NCBI GenBank assembly: GCA_007693595.1 | Contig: REDI01000060.1 | Span: 61,206 to 125,205, forward strand | Reading direction: 5' to 3' | Length of the DNA: 64,000 nt | DNA from: Deltaproteobacteria bacterium | GTDB taxonomy: Bacteria; Myxococcota_A; UBA796; GCA-2862545 | Shown: one piece after another, positions 28,701-36,537 of the stretch | Layout: each line of letters opens with the position of its first letter | How positions within the stretch are numbered: the stretch's first letter is position 1 | The notes under the pieces: model-generated | The model's input: only the letters and a program-made list of their open reading frames with translations | What the model was told of the DNA's origin: nothing | The model's database searches: none | Translations under genes and position numbers: made by a program

Positions 28701-28819
28701 CGACGCTGTTGACCCTCATCTTTGTGCCCTTCTTGTACGCGGCCCTCGATGACCTGCGCACTTGGGCGGGTCAGGCGATAGGGGCTGCGCGCCTACCTCC
28801 TCCCGGAGAACGAACATGA
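25751..28819 (+). CDS. efflux RND transporter permease, second paralog (MdtC-like partner)
   Basis: 1022 aa with the same RND architecture. ATGA overlap with the upstream permease suggests translational coupling. Confidence 0.9.
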   Translation: MRRWLPAFAYDHPVTVLMGCLALIVLGSIAWMRIPIQLLPDGIETGQLVVRIQNPGSAPRETDDQVVRPVTAQLSTIPGVKQLRTTADAQSASFNLEFYPSVPSDEAYNLVVDRMERAMADLPSDIDRYFIFKFNPADLPVLFAGVTLPETVDDPYHLLTRIVQPRLERVPGVAAVDVRGVPQRSVYIEFDREKILAHGVDVGSVQRGLQADNFQMAAGRIEDRGQVRFVRSIATLDQVDQLRRWPVQEGIVLSDIATVELRGTLSSDIGRLNGEQAAIVLVRREAGANMVEVTRRIEREIESLNEDPRLEGAQLMAFFSQGDLVVEAMDNLLWTALVGGVLAVIVLFAFLREWRMTLLIALSIPFSLLITIAVLYFRGDSLNLLALMGLMLAVGMVVDNAIVVVETIYRRRADGEGAREAAIGGVSEVNLAIIMSTATTMVVFLPLILMSGEGSFTVFLGALGYPVIFALGASLLVALVVAPLVTRAFGQGRARQEGPILRRVAAAYTWVLDRALRRRFETVIVLVALGLLTLIPLRNVPMTVVDEDAQNQFDLRVEVAPQIDPNERSQVLGEVEALLADRKSDWGISAFYTNLDGSSTRGRITVFLQNEGPMSRTEVMAAAREALPEDRADARWSVGFDQAGRGSSRVDFTITGEDMDTLLLLAEEAARRVGSRPGVMNASVDTVESGVDELRMVLDRQALVRYGLTGQSVAGTISFYLRGTGLQPLRMGDREVEVINRFELEDRSDLAAVLDSPVFSSEVGGLVPLRALTHVEGGKGPGSIQRIDNRTAVRIGVDLEDGIAPYMAGGLVREAMSGMAFPRGYTWEQGQSFSVQAEDMQQQIFVIGMSVVFVFLLMGILFESWLLPLSILITLPMAGLGAWWMLWLTSTPFDTMAGIGLVILVGVVVNNGIVLIDLVAQLRAGGLDRHAALVEAGRRRLRPILMTALTTIFGLVPMAVGGSDFVGVPYAPLGRTVIGGLGAATLLTLIFVPFLYAALDDLRTWAGQAIGAARLPPPGERT

Positions 28820-30261
28820 ACTGGCTGATCTTGATCTTGCTTGGGGTGTCGGGCACCGCGTCCGCGGGGCAGAGCCTCTCGCTCGAGCAGGCCCTCGCGG
28901 AGGCGCTGGGCCAGAACCCTCAGCTCGCGAGCGCCGAGCTCAACGTCTCCCAGGCCGAGGGAGGGCTGCTCTCGGCCCAGAGCGTCTTCGATCCCAGCTT
29001 CACGGCCTCGGGTAACTTGGCGCTCGACGAGACGAACCAGCTCTTCGCTGGCATTATCTTCGAGCAGTCTGCCCTGCGTACTGTCGCCAACTCCGGCCTT
29101 CAGGGGCAGCTCGCGACCGGCACCAACTACCGGCTGAACGCGAGCTACTTCGACCTCACCCAAGACGCCCCGGACTTCGTGACCCAGCAGATGATCTCGA
29201 CCTCTCGGCGTTCCCCTAGCTTCGAGGTAGGGGTCGGTCAGGAGCTCTTGCGCGGGCATCGCACCGCCTTCAACCGTCGTCAGGTCATTGAGGCTCGCAA
29301 CGCGCTCGACATCGCGGAGCTTCGGCTCAAGGCCCAGCGGCAGCAGACCTTGGGGCAGGTCGCCAGCGCCTACTGGCAGTGGTCGAACACCATCCGGTTG
29401 GCCGAGATCGCCGAGGAGCGGCTGGCGGTCGCCGAGGAGGCGGCTCGGATCGCAGCCGTCCAGCTTGGCGAAGGCCGGATCGCCCCAGTCGACGAGGTCC
29501 GGGTGCGCACCGAGCTCGTCCGTGCGCGCAACAACGTGCTCGACGCCCAGCAGCAGGCCCAGCTCGCAGGGGATGAGCTGATGATCTTGCTCGGCCGCCG
29601 TCCGGGCGACGACGTCTTCCCCTCCAGCCAGATCGAGCTGCCCGAGGTGGTCTCGTTCGAGCTGGATCGCGAGATCCAGGCGGCCGAAGAAGGGAACTTC
29701 GAACTACGGGTCGCGGAGCTCGAAGCGGAACAGGCGGAGCTCTCGCGCAGGCTCGCCGCGCACGCCCTCCTTCCATCCTTGACTGTGGATGGGTCTTTCT
29801 CTCGTTCTCAGGTCACGAATAAGCAGGGGGACCTGCCGGCGCAGACCGTGCCCCAGCAGAACCTACAGGGATCGGCCACCTTCTCGATGCCGCTCGGCAA
29901 CCGCGCCTCTCGGGGCGAAGTGCGGCGCGCGTCGGCGATCGAAGGGCAGCGTAAGGTCGCCCTCGAAGATCAGCGGCGACAGGTCGTGGCGCAGGTGGCG
30001 CGTCAGGTTCGGGTGCTCAACGCGGCCAAGGTGCAGGTCGATCTGACCGAGCAGGAGGTCGAGCTCGCCGCCGAGACCCTCGCCGCCGAAGAGGCCCGCG
30101 ACGAGGTCGGTCGTGCGCTGCAGCGCGACGTGCTCGACGCTCGGACCTCCTTGTTCGACTCCAAGGCTCGCGCCGCCAAGGCCCGCATGGACTACGAGCT
30201 GGCGGTCGTGGAGCTTCGTAGGCTGCAAGGGCTGCTCGAGCTGGTGGTCATGACCCGGTAG
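28816..30261 (+). CDS. TolC-family outer membrane efflux protein
   Basis: A signal peptide MNWLILILLGVSGTASA is followed by two repeated coiled-coil/beta halves with the LEQALAEAL..NPQL..A motif typical of outer membrane factors. The ATGA overlaps the second permease. Confidence 0.8.
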   Translation: MNWLILILLGVSGTASAGQSLSLEQALAEALGQNPQLASAELNVSQAEGGLLSAQSVFDPSFTASGNLALDETNQLFAGIIFEQSALRTVANSGLQGQLATGTNYRLNASYFDLTQDAPDFVTQQMISTSRRSPSFEVGVGQELLRGHRTAFNRRQVIEARNALDIAELRLKAQRQQTLGQVASAYWQWSNTIRLAEIAEERLAVAEEAARIAAVQLGEGRIAPVDEVRVRTELVRARNNVLDAQQQAQLAGDELMILLGRRPGDDVFPSSQIELPEVVSFELDREIQAAEEGNFELRVAELEAEQAELSRRLAAHALLPSLTVDGSFSRSQVTNKQGDLPAQTVPQQNLQGSATFSMPLGNRASRGEVRRASAIEGQRKVALEDQRRQVVAQVARQVRVLNAAKVQVDLTEQEVELAAETLAAEEARDEVGRALQRDVLDARTSLFDSKARAAKARMDYELAVVELRRLQGLLELVVMTR

Positions 30262-30284
30262 GTGCGCGGCCTGACGTGGCGCCG

Positions 30285-31220
30285 CTATTCAGTGTCTTGT
30301 TCCTTTCTTTTCTTCTCGAGCGCCTTCTCGTCGAGCTCCTGCTGGCCGTCGCGGCTGTAGCCGCAGGCCTTGGTCGGATCGTCGATCATCATCTTGGCGT
30401 GGCGCTTGTCGATGGCGGTGAGCGTGTGCCCACTCTGGATCCCCTCGATGCGTCGAAGGGTCGTGAGCCCCCGCTCGGTCATGGCGGGATCTTTGCGCCG
30501 GTCGCCGATGCAGAGCTGTGTCGCGCCGAGCTCCTTGAGCACGCCGATCCGGTTGGGACGGCAGGAGTCGGCCTTCTCGAGCCACATCAGGGACTTATCG
30601 AGATCCCCCCTCACGCCTGCCAGCACCCCGACGAGCCAGGAGTCGGGCACGAGGCGGTAGAAGATGCCGAGGGTCTGGTAGACGCTGCACGGCATGTGCT
30701 CGGCTTCTTCGAGGGAGCTGTAGCGGTAGGGTGCCGCGGCGGCCGCCAGCCAGTCGTTCTGGACCGTCTTGAGGTTTACCATCGACGAGAGCACGCCCTT
30801 GGTCGTGGACAGGCGGCCAAGCGCGATGCCGCGGTTGAACAGCAGGTGGGCGTTGTTCGGATCGAGCTCGAGGGCCTTGTTCAGCAGGTCGTACATCTCG
30901 GTGTAGAGCGCGACCTTGTCGAAGTCGGGATCATTGCGATCGACCAGCTCCCCCTTCTCGAAGAGAAAACGCGCCACATGCCGATACAGCTCGGGATCCT
31001 CGGGGTCGCTCTGGAGTCGTCGCCGCGCCAGGGCGAGGCCCTCGTTGATCTTGCCCTCGCCGTAGAGGAGCTCGAGATCGTAGTGCGCCGACTCGGGGGT
31101 GACGGAGCCTGGCCCCGGCCGATCGTCGGCGACGGATTCGGGAACCTTGGCCTGGGCGGGCGCGGAGAGGGCGATCACCACCCCCGCGGCGAAGGTGCCA
31201 GCGATCATCGACGTGCGCAT
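30285..31220 (-). CDS. TPR-repeat secreted protein
   Basis: A signal peptide MRTSMIAGTFAAGVVIALSAPAQA is followed by TPR-like helices (ALARRRLQSDPEDPELYRHVARFLFEKGE; YDLLNKALELDPNNAHLLFNRGIAL). Confidence 0.6.
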   Translation of the reverse strand: MRTSMIAGTFAAGVVIALSAPAQAKVPESVADDRPGPGSVTPESAHYDLELLYGEGKINEGLALARRRLQSDPEDPELYRHVARFLFEKGELVDRNDPDFDKVALYTEMYDLLNKALELDPNNAHLLFNRGIALGRLSTTKGVLSSMVNLKTVQNDWLAAAAAPYRYSSLEEAEHMPCSVYQTLGIFYRLVPDSWLVGVLAGVRGDLDKSLMWLEKADSCRPNRIGVLKELGATQLCIGDRRKDPAMTERGLTTLRRIEGIQSGHTLTAIDKRHAKMMIDDPTKACGYSRDGQQELDEKALEKKRKEQDTE

Positions 31221-31312
31221 GAAGTCCTCCGTGGGCCGCTACGATACTCAAGAGGCCGGCGCTCCGCATCTTTGGAGGCGCCGGCCTGTCGATTTATTCC
31301 GAGGGGGAGGCC

Positions 31313-32689
31313 CTACTCGGGGGGCGGCGGGGGAGGTCCGCCGGAGGGGGGCGGGGGCGGAGGACCCGCCGAGAGAGCGGCCGCGATCTCGGGGACGTCC
31401 TTGGCGGGCTTCCAGGAATCGAACCCCTGCTTCCAGACGTTGTGCGAGGCGTCGGGCTCGGCCTTGACCAGCTCCACGATCTCGCCGACCGACTTCTCGC
31501 CCTGCGCGGAGGGGCCGTGGTAGTGGAAGGTGACGTTGGCCGACGGGACAGGGGGAGGGGGTGCCGCGGCGGGGGGCACGAGGCCCGCGACCTCGCTGAC
31601 CTCGGCCCAGGGCTTCCAGGAGGCCCAGCCCGGTGCCCACAGCAGGTGGTTGCCTGAACGGTTCGCCGAGATCTTCTGTGCGATCTCGGCCGGCGTGAAC
31701 TGGCCTTGGCCGGCGGGGCCGTTGTAGTGGAGCTTCTGCTCGCCTGGGACCGGCGGTGGGGCCGGCGCGGGGCCTCCCTGCATCCCGGCGTGGGGGTTGA
31801 AGTTGCCCCCCTGGTTCATGGCCTGACCCATCATGCCGCCCATGGTGTTGCCCATGCCGAAGCCGACCCCCATGCCGACCCCCGCACCACCGATGCCCTG
31901 GTTGGCGGCGGCGGTCTCGATGGCGTCGGCGGCCTTGAGCTTGGTGTAAGCGTTCAGATCGCCGAGCACGCCCATCTTGGAGCGCTGATCGAGGGCCTTT
32001 TCGACCTCAGGCGGGAGGCTGATGTTCTCGATGTCGAAGGCGGTCAGGGTGATGCCGTAGGACTCTTGGAAGCGAGGATTCAGCTTCTCGCGGATCGTGT
32101 CGCCGAGATCCATGTAGTTGGCGGCGAGGTCGAGCACCGGGATCCGGGCCTGGCCGATGGCGGTGGCCAAGCCGGAGACGACCTGGCGCTTGAGCTGGCC
32201 GTTGATCTCGTCGGTGGTGAACAGGCCATCGGTGCCGACCACCTGGCGGAGGAAGGTGGCCGGATCGGTGATGCGGAAGGTGTAGATCCCAAAGGCGCGC
32301 ACCCGCACCGGGCCGAACTCCGCGTCGCGCATCATGAAGGGGTTGGCGGTTCCCCAACGGTTCTCGCGGAAGAGCTTGGTGTTGACGAAATAGACGTCGC
32401 CCTTGTAGGGGTAGTTGAGCTTATAGGCGATCGACTGAAAGAAGCTCGCGATCGGTGCGTTTCGAGTGTCGAGGGTGTAGGTGCCGGGCCCGAAGACCTC
32501 GGAGAGCTGGCCCTCGCTGATGAAGACCGCAGCTTGACTCTCGCGCACGACGAGCTTGCTGTTATCGGTGATCTTCTGGTTGAAGACAGGAAACCGATAA
32601 ACGATGGTGTCTTGGGTGTTGTCGAGCCACTCGATGACTTCGAGGAACTGCGACTTGGCGTGGTTCGTGAGGGTGTTCCAGATGCTCAT
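31313..32689 (-). CDS. SPFH/band-7 domain protein with Gly/Pro-rich linker and two C-terminal GYF-like (DUF4339-type) repeats
   Basis: The N-terminal 280 aa resemble SPFH family proteins. Two ~50-aa repeats follow (HYNGPAGQGQFTPAEIAQKI...W..GW.SWKPW and HYHGPSAQGEKSVGEIVELV...W.QGFDSWKP), then a poly-Pro end. Confidence 0.75.
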   Translation of the reverse strand: MSIWNTLTNHAKSQFLEVIEWLDNTQDTIVYRFPVFNQKITDNSKLVVRESQAAVFISEGQLSEVFGPGTYTLDTRNAPIASFFQSIAYKLNYPYKGDVYFVNTKLFRENRWGTANPFMMRDAEFGPVRVRAFGIYTFRITDPATFLRQVVGTDGLFTTDEINGQLKRQVVSGLATAIGQARIPVLDLAANYMDLGDTIREKLNPRFQESYGITLTAFDIENISLPPEVEKALDQRSKMGVLGDLNAYTKLKAADAIETAAANQGIGGAGVGMGVGFGMGNTMGGMMGQAMNQGGNFNPHAGMQGGPAPAPPPVPGEQKLHYNGPAGQGQFTPAEIAQKISANRSGNHLLWAPGWASWKPWAEVSEVAGLVPPAAAPPPPVPSANVTFHYHGPSAQGEKSVGEIVELVKAEPDASHNVWKQGFDSWKPAKDVPEIAAALSAGPPPPPPSGGPPPPPPE

Positions 32690-32765
32690 GGATCGGGCTC
32701 CCGCGGCTAGGGTTCCGTGCTAAGAGGCGCGTCTTGTATGTAATGCGTCCAGCGCCCGGTGACCC

Positions 32766-33401
32766 GTGAACCTCGTCCTCGATCTGATTGAGTCACTCCC
32801 CAAAGCTCCGCTTTTGCTCATCGCAGCCGCAGGAGCTCTGGTACCGCTGCCTTTGGCGTGGCTGCTCGGGGGCACTCCTGCTGTGGTCGTGTTGTTGCTC
32901 GGCACGGCGCTGGTCGCGGGCGCAGGGGGGCTCCTGGCGCTGCGGGTCCACCTGGACCGCCTGCCGTTGGCGCTCGGTCCGGTGGCGGCCGAGGGTCGCA
33001 TCGACGGGCACCGGGCGCTGCGGTTTCGGGTGCGGCTGGGTCGAGGTCGCCGCATGGCGAGGGTCAAGGGCTCGGTGCGCTACCTCCCGACCCGAGGCGA
33101 GCCCATCGAGCTGCCGCTCCTCGTCGAACAGGAGCGCGACGTGATCGGCCCCTGGACCCTGGTCGTCGTCGACCGCGCGGACCAGATATCGGGGGCCCCG
33201 GGTCGCTTTGAGGTCGAGGTCGAGGCGAGCGAAGGGGATCGCACCTGGACGGCCCGCCGAGCCTACGGCGACGAGCTGGTGGTCTCCGGTCGCTTCCTTC
33301 CCGCGCTGTCGCGCAAAGCCGGGCGCATCGTGCTCGAACACGGCACCTGGGCCAAGGTCGAGCCGAGCGGGGGCGAGACGAGGGGCGGCTCGCGCGGTTA
33401 G
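32766..33401 (+). CDS. hypothetical membrane protein, possibly the detached N-terminal signal/pro-region of the downstream S8 protease
   Basis: Two hydrophobic segments lie at the N-terminus. The ORF ends at a TAG that is in the same reading frame as the S8 gene ATG, which starts 9 nt later. Confidence 0.45.
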   Translation: MNLVLDLIESLPKAPLLLIAAAGALVPLPLAWLLGGTPAVVVLLLGTALVAGAGGLLALRVHLDRLPLALGPVAAEGRIDGHRALRFRVRLGRGRRMARVKGSVRYLPTRGEPIELPLLVEQERDVIGPWTLVVVDRADQISGAPGRFEVEVEASEGDRTWTARRAYGDELVVSGRFLPALSRKAGRIVLEHGTWAKVEPSGGETRGGSRG

Positions 33402-33410
33402 CCTAGGCAC

Positions 33411-34922
33411 ATGTACCCACCCCTCGCCGATGCGCCCGATCTGGATCGCGACTCCCTCATCCGGGTCGAGTCTCCTGCGCACGAGCAGGCTGTGGCGTTC
33501 TCCCACGCCTCCTCGGTCCTGCTCGAGCCTCCCTCGGATGGCTCTCCCTGGGCCTATGACGCAGTGCCATGGGTCGACGAGGTCGATGCGGAGCTGGCTT
33601 CGGCGGTCAACCTCCGCCCCTATCGAGCGAGAGGAGCTCGGGGCCAGGGCGTCCGCGTCGCGGTCTTTGACGTGCAGTGGGAGCGGGTCGAGCAGCTCCA
33701 ACCGACCCTGGGCGATGTCAGCACACACGACTGCTTCATGCACCCCTCGTGCGAGCCCTCGATGGACACGACGCGCACCCGTTTCGACTTCGAGCGTGGC
33801 ACCCACGGCGCGGGCTGCGCCGAGGCGCTCCACACCATCGCCCCCGAGGCCGAGCTCCACCTGGTGCGCGTCAACTCGACCACCATGTTTGAGAACGCCG
33901 TCGAGTGGGCGATCCGAGAAGACATCGACATCATCTCCATGTCGATGTCCTTTCTCAACCTCAACTTTTTCGACCGGACCGGGCCGCTTCGGGTGCCGAT
34001 CCGTCGCCTCGAAGAACACGGGATCCTGCTCGTCACCTCCGCGGGGAACTACGCCAGGGGGCACTGGCAGGGAACCTTCGTCGACTCCGACGGCGATGGC
34101 AAGATGGACTTCGAGGGCGAAGGCTACCTTCCCGTGTACCTGACCGAGGGCTCTCCGCGACTCTATGTGACCTGGGATCAGTTCATCGCCTGTGGTCAGA
34201 CCGACCTCGACCTGCTTCTGCGCGACGCCGACGGCTGGATCGTGGCGCGAAGCGAGGAGTCCCAGCGATTTCCCCGCGAAGGTCAGCAGGGGCATCGCTG
34301 TCAGCCCATCGAACAGGTCCGATCGGTCCCCGAAGATGGGTGGTACCAACTCGAAGTGCTCCACCGACGGGGCGTCACCGCGGGCGTCCGGGTCGACGTG
34401 CTCACCCCGGGCGGGCGGATCCCCGACAGCCACCCCTGGGGGACGATCCACGAGCCCGGCCTTCACCGCTCGGTGCTGACGGTGGGAGCCATCGATGCCA
34501 TGGGCTATCTCGGTGGGCCTCCCCAGCCCTACAGCAGCTTCGGGCCGCCGGACCTCGCGTGGACCAAGCCCGATCTGCACGGCCCGGACGCGCTGTCCTC
34601 CGCGATCTACGGGCCCCGCGGCTTCTTTGGCACCTCGGCGGCCACGCCCATCGTCGCGGGCCTGGTCGCGGTCTTGATGAGCGACGATCCGAGCCTGAGC
34701 CCCCACGAGGCGGCCGAACGGCTCAAGGGCCTGGGTCGGGAGGGGCTAGACGGTCTGGTGTCGACCGAGCCGGTGCGCCGCGCGAGGCTGCCCCTCCAAG
34801 GGGCTTCTTCCGGTTGCGGCGAGCGCCCGATGTGGCTCGTTGGGGCTGGCCCCTTGGGGCTCTTTGGCCTGCTCGGATGGCTCCGCGGCCGTCGGCGGCT
34901 CACAGACGGTGGCAGTCGGTGA
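33411..34922 (+). CDS. S8 family serine peptidase (subtilisin-like) with a C-terminal MYXO-CTERM-like sorting tail
   Basis: The catalytic triad context is Asp in VAVFDVQW, His in HGAGCAE and Ser in GTSAATPIVAG. The C-terminus is GCGERPMWLVGAGPLGLFGLLGWLRGRRR: Cys, then a hydrophobic helix, then an Arg cluster. No N-terminal signal peptide is present in this ORF as called. Confidence 0.8.
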   Translation: MYPPLADAPDLDRDSLIRVESPAHEQAVAFSHASSVLLEPPSDGSPWAYDAVPWVDEVDAELASAVNLRPYRARGARGQGVRVAVFDVQWERVEQLQPTLGDVSTHDCFMHPSCEPSMDTTRTRFDFERGTHGAGCAEALHTIAPEAELHLVRVNSTTMFENAVEWAIREDIDIISMSMSFLNLNFFDRTGPLRVPIRRLEEHGILLVTSAGNYARGHWQGTFVDSDGDGKMDFEGEGYLPVYLTEGSPRLYVTWDQFIACGQTDLDLLLRDADGWIVARSEESQRFPREGQQGHRCQPIEQVRSVPEDGWYQLEVLHRRGVTAGVRVDVLTPGGRIPDSHPWGTIHEPGLHRSVLTVGAIDAMGYLGGPPQPYSSFGPPDLAWTKPDLHGPDALSSAIYGPRGFFGTSAATPIVAGLVAVLMSDDPSLSPHEAAERLKGLGREGLDGLVSTEPVRRARLPLQGASSGCGERPMWLVGAGPLGLFGLLGWLRGRRRLTDGGSR

Positions 34923-35457
34923 GGAGCATGTCGCGGCGCGGCCGCCGATCTTCGTCGAGGGTCAAGCCGGCGATCTGGTCGACGACGTTCATGCCTGGAT
35001 CGATGGAGCCGAAGACCGTGTAGACTCCGTCGAAGTCGGGGTTGTTCGAGAGGTTGATGAAGAAGCCTGCGGTCCCGCTGTCGGGGTCGCCTTCGTGGTA
35101 GACGGCGATGGAGCCACGCTCGTTGGTCAGACCGTTGCCGAGCTCGTTGGGGACGGGGTCGTCGGTGGGCTTCAGTCGACCATCGATGCCCTTGCGCCCG
35201 GCGATGACCCGCCGGCCGGGCTCGACCGTGTCGAAGAGGGTGGCGTCCCCTCCGCGTCGCCCATCGTAGAAGCCACGATCGAAGTAGCTCAGAAAGTTTT
35301 CAGAGCTCAGAGGGGCGTTCTCGACGTCGATGTTGAAGACCATCCAGCCGAAGTTGCTCGCGCAGCGCCCGCGGACGAAACCTTCCTCGTCGCCGAGGTT
35401 CAGGCCGTCGCACGCGGAGAGCGCCAGACACAGAATGAGAGCCGAAGGGGTTCGCAT
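34900..35457 (-). CDS. cyclophilin-type peptidyl-prolyl cis-trans isomerase, lipoprotein
   Basis: Lipobox LALSACDG. The cyclophilin block is SIAVYHEGDPDSGTAGFFINLSNNPDFDGVYTVFGSIDPGMNVVDQI. It overlaps the 3' end of the S8 gene convergently by 23 nt. Confidence 0.8.
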   Translation of the reverse strand: MRTPSALILCLALSACDGLNLGDEEGFVRGRCASNFGWMVFNIDVENAPLSSENFLSYFDRGFYDGRRGGDATLFDTVEPGRRVIAGRKGIDGRLKPTDDPVPNELGNGLTNERGSIAVYHEGDPDSGTAGFFINLSNNPDFDGVYTVFGSIDPGMNVVDQIAGLTLDEDRRPRRDMLLTDCHRL

Positions 35458-35466
35458 CTCATGAGT

Positions 35467-36414
35467 CTATCCCGCCGAGGCGCTGCCCGATTTGGGGGAT
35501 GAGGTCACGAGTTGTCGATACCATGCGACGCAGTCGACGAGCCCCTGGTCGAGCGGGCGGGGAGCGAAGCCCAGCTCGCGTTGGGCGCGTCGGTCATCGA
35601 AGCGCACCCCGACGGGGGTGGGCAGGGGGATCAGCCGAGCCCCGCCCCCGGCGATGCGTCGCCAGGTTCGGAGGACGTGGTAGATGCTCTCGGCGGTGCC
35701 GCCCAGGTTGTAGGCCCGCCCGACGGAGCGCGGGGTCTCGAGGCAGGCGGCGATGGCGTCTGCGACGTCGAGGGCGTGCACATGGGGGATGCGGGCGGTC
35801 GGCGCGACGGCGAGACGCCGGTCGTTCCATCGGCCGTAGCGCGCGGTGACCTTATGATCGCGGGGCCCGTAGATCGGGCCAGGTCGGACGGCGGTGATCT
35901 TCAGCTCCAGCTCGTCCTGCAGGCGCCACGCCAAGCGCTCCGAGGCGGCCTTGGTTCGGGCATAGCGGGCGTCGGTCGTGAACTGGCTCAGCTCGAAGCG
36001 AGGGTGCTCGGGATCGACTTGGGGGGTGGCTTCGTCCATGGGGGAGCGCAGGCGGGTACGGTAGACGGCGACGCTGCTCACCAGCACGATCCGGCGCACC
36101 CCGGCGTCGTGCGCGGCGCGGAGGGTGTTGTCGGTGCCAACGATGTTGGCTTGGATGAAGTCGCGGTCGTCGTGCTTGACCCAGCCCGGGGCCAGGGCTG
36201 CGTTGGCGATCACGGCGTCGGCACCCTCGAAGGCCGCGGCGAGGGCCTGACGATCGGCGAGGTCTGCGCGGCGGAGGGTCAGGCGCTCGGACTCCATGCC
36301 CTCGGCCCTCTCGGGTCGGCGAGCGACACCGATCACATCGACCCCTCGACGATGGAAGGTCTCGGCGAGGTGCGAGCCCAAGAATCCCGTTACGCCGGTG
36401 ATGGCGACCTTCAC
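35467..36414 (-). CDS. NAD-dependent epimerase/dehydratase family protein (SDR fold)
   Basis: ITGVTGFLGSHL is a Rossmann motif, with YxxxK in YARTK. A GTG start at 36414 lies 5 nt after GGAG. The 44-codon upstream extension in the ORF track was rejected. Confidence 0.75.
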   Translation of the reverse strand: MKVAITGVTGFLGSHLAETFHRRGVDVIGVARRPERAEGMESERLTLRRADLADRQALAAAFEGADAVIANAALAPGWVKHDDRDFIQANIVGTDNTLRAAHDAGVRRIVLVSSVAVYRTRLRSPMDEATPQVDPEHPRFELSQFTTDARYARTKAASERLAWRLQDELELKITAVRPGPIYGPRDHKVTARYGRWNDRRLAVAPTARIPHVHALDVADAIAACLETPRSVGRAYNLGGTAESIYHVLRTWRRIAGGGARLIPLPTPVGVRFDDRRAQRELGFAPRPLDQGLVDCVAWYRQLVTSSPKSGSASAG

Positions 36415-36537
36415 GATGGCTCCAGAGAGGTGTGGTAGCGGCTCATGACCCGGTCCGCCCGTCTTGTCGACGTGACGCACTGTGTGCGCCCTCCTCGCCC
36501 GATCGGAGTATGGGGTGGCCTTCACCAAGGATAGCCC

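Noticed and set aside
30262-30284. Possible bidirectional terminator hairpin between the TolC-like gene and the convergent TPR gene
   Set aside because: Only a short imperfect GCGGC/GCCGC stem with a 10-nt loop is present, there is no U-tract, and the gap is just 23 nt. The evidence is insufficient.
32793-34706. 637-aa minus-strand ORF
   Set aside because: It runs antisense to the S8 peptidase gene, which has an intact Asp/His/Ser triad context.
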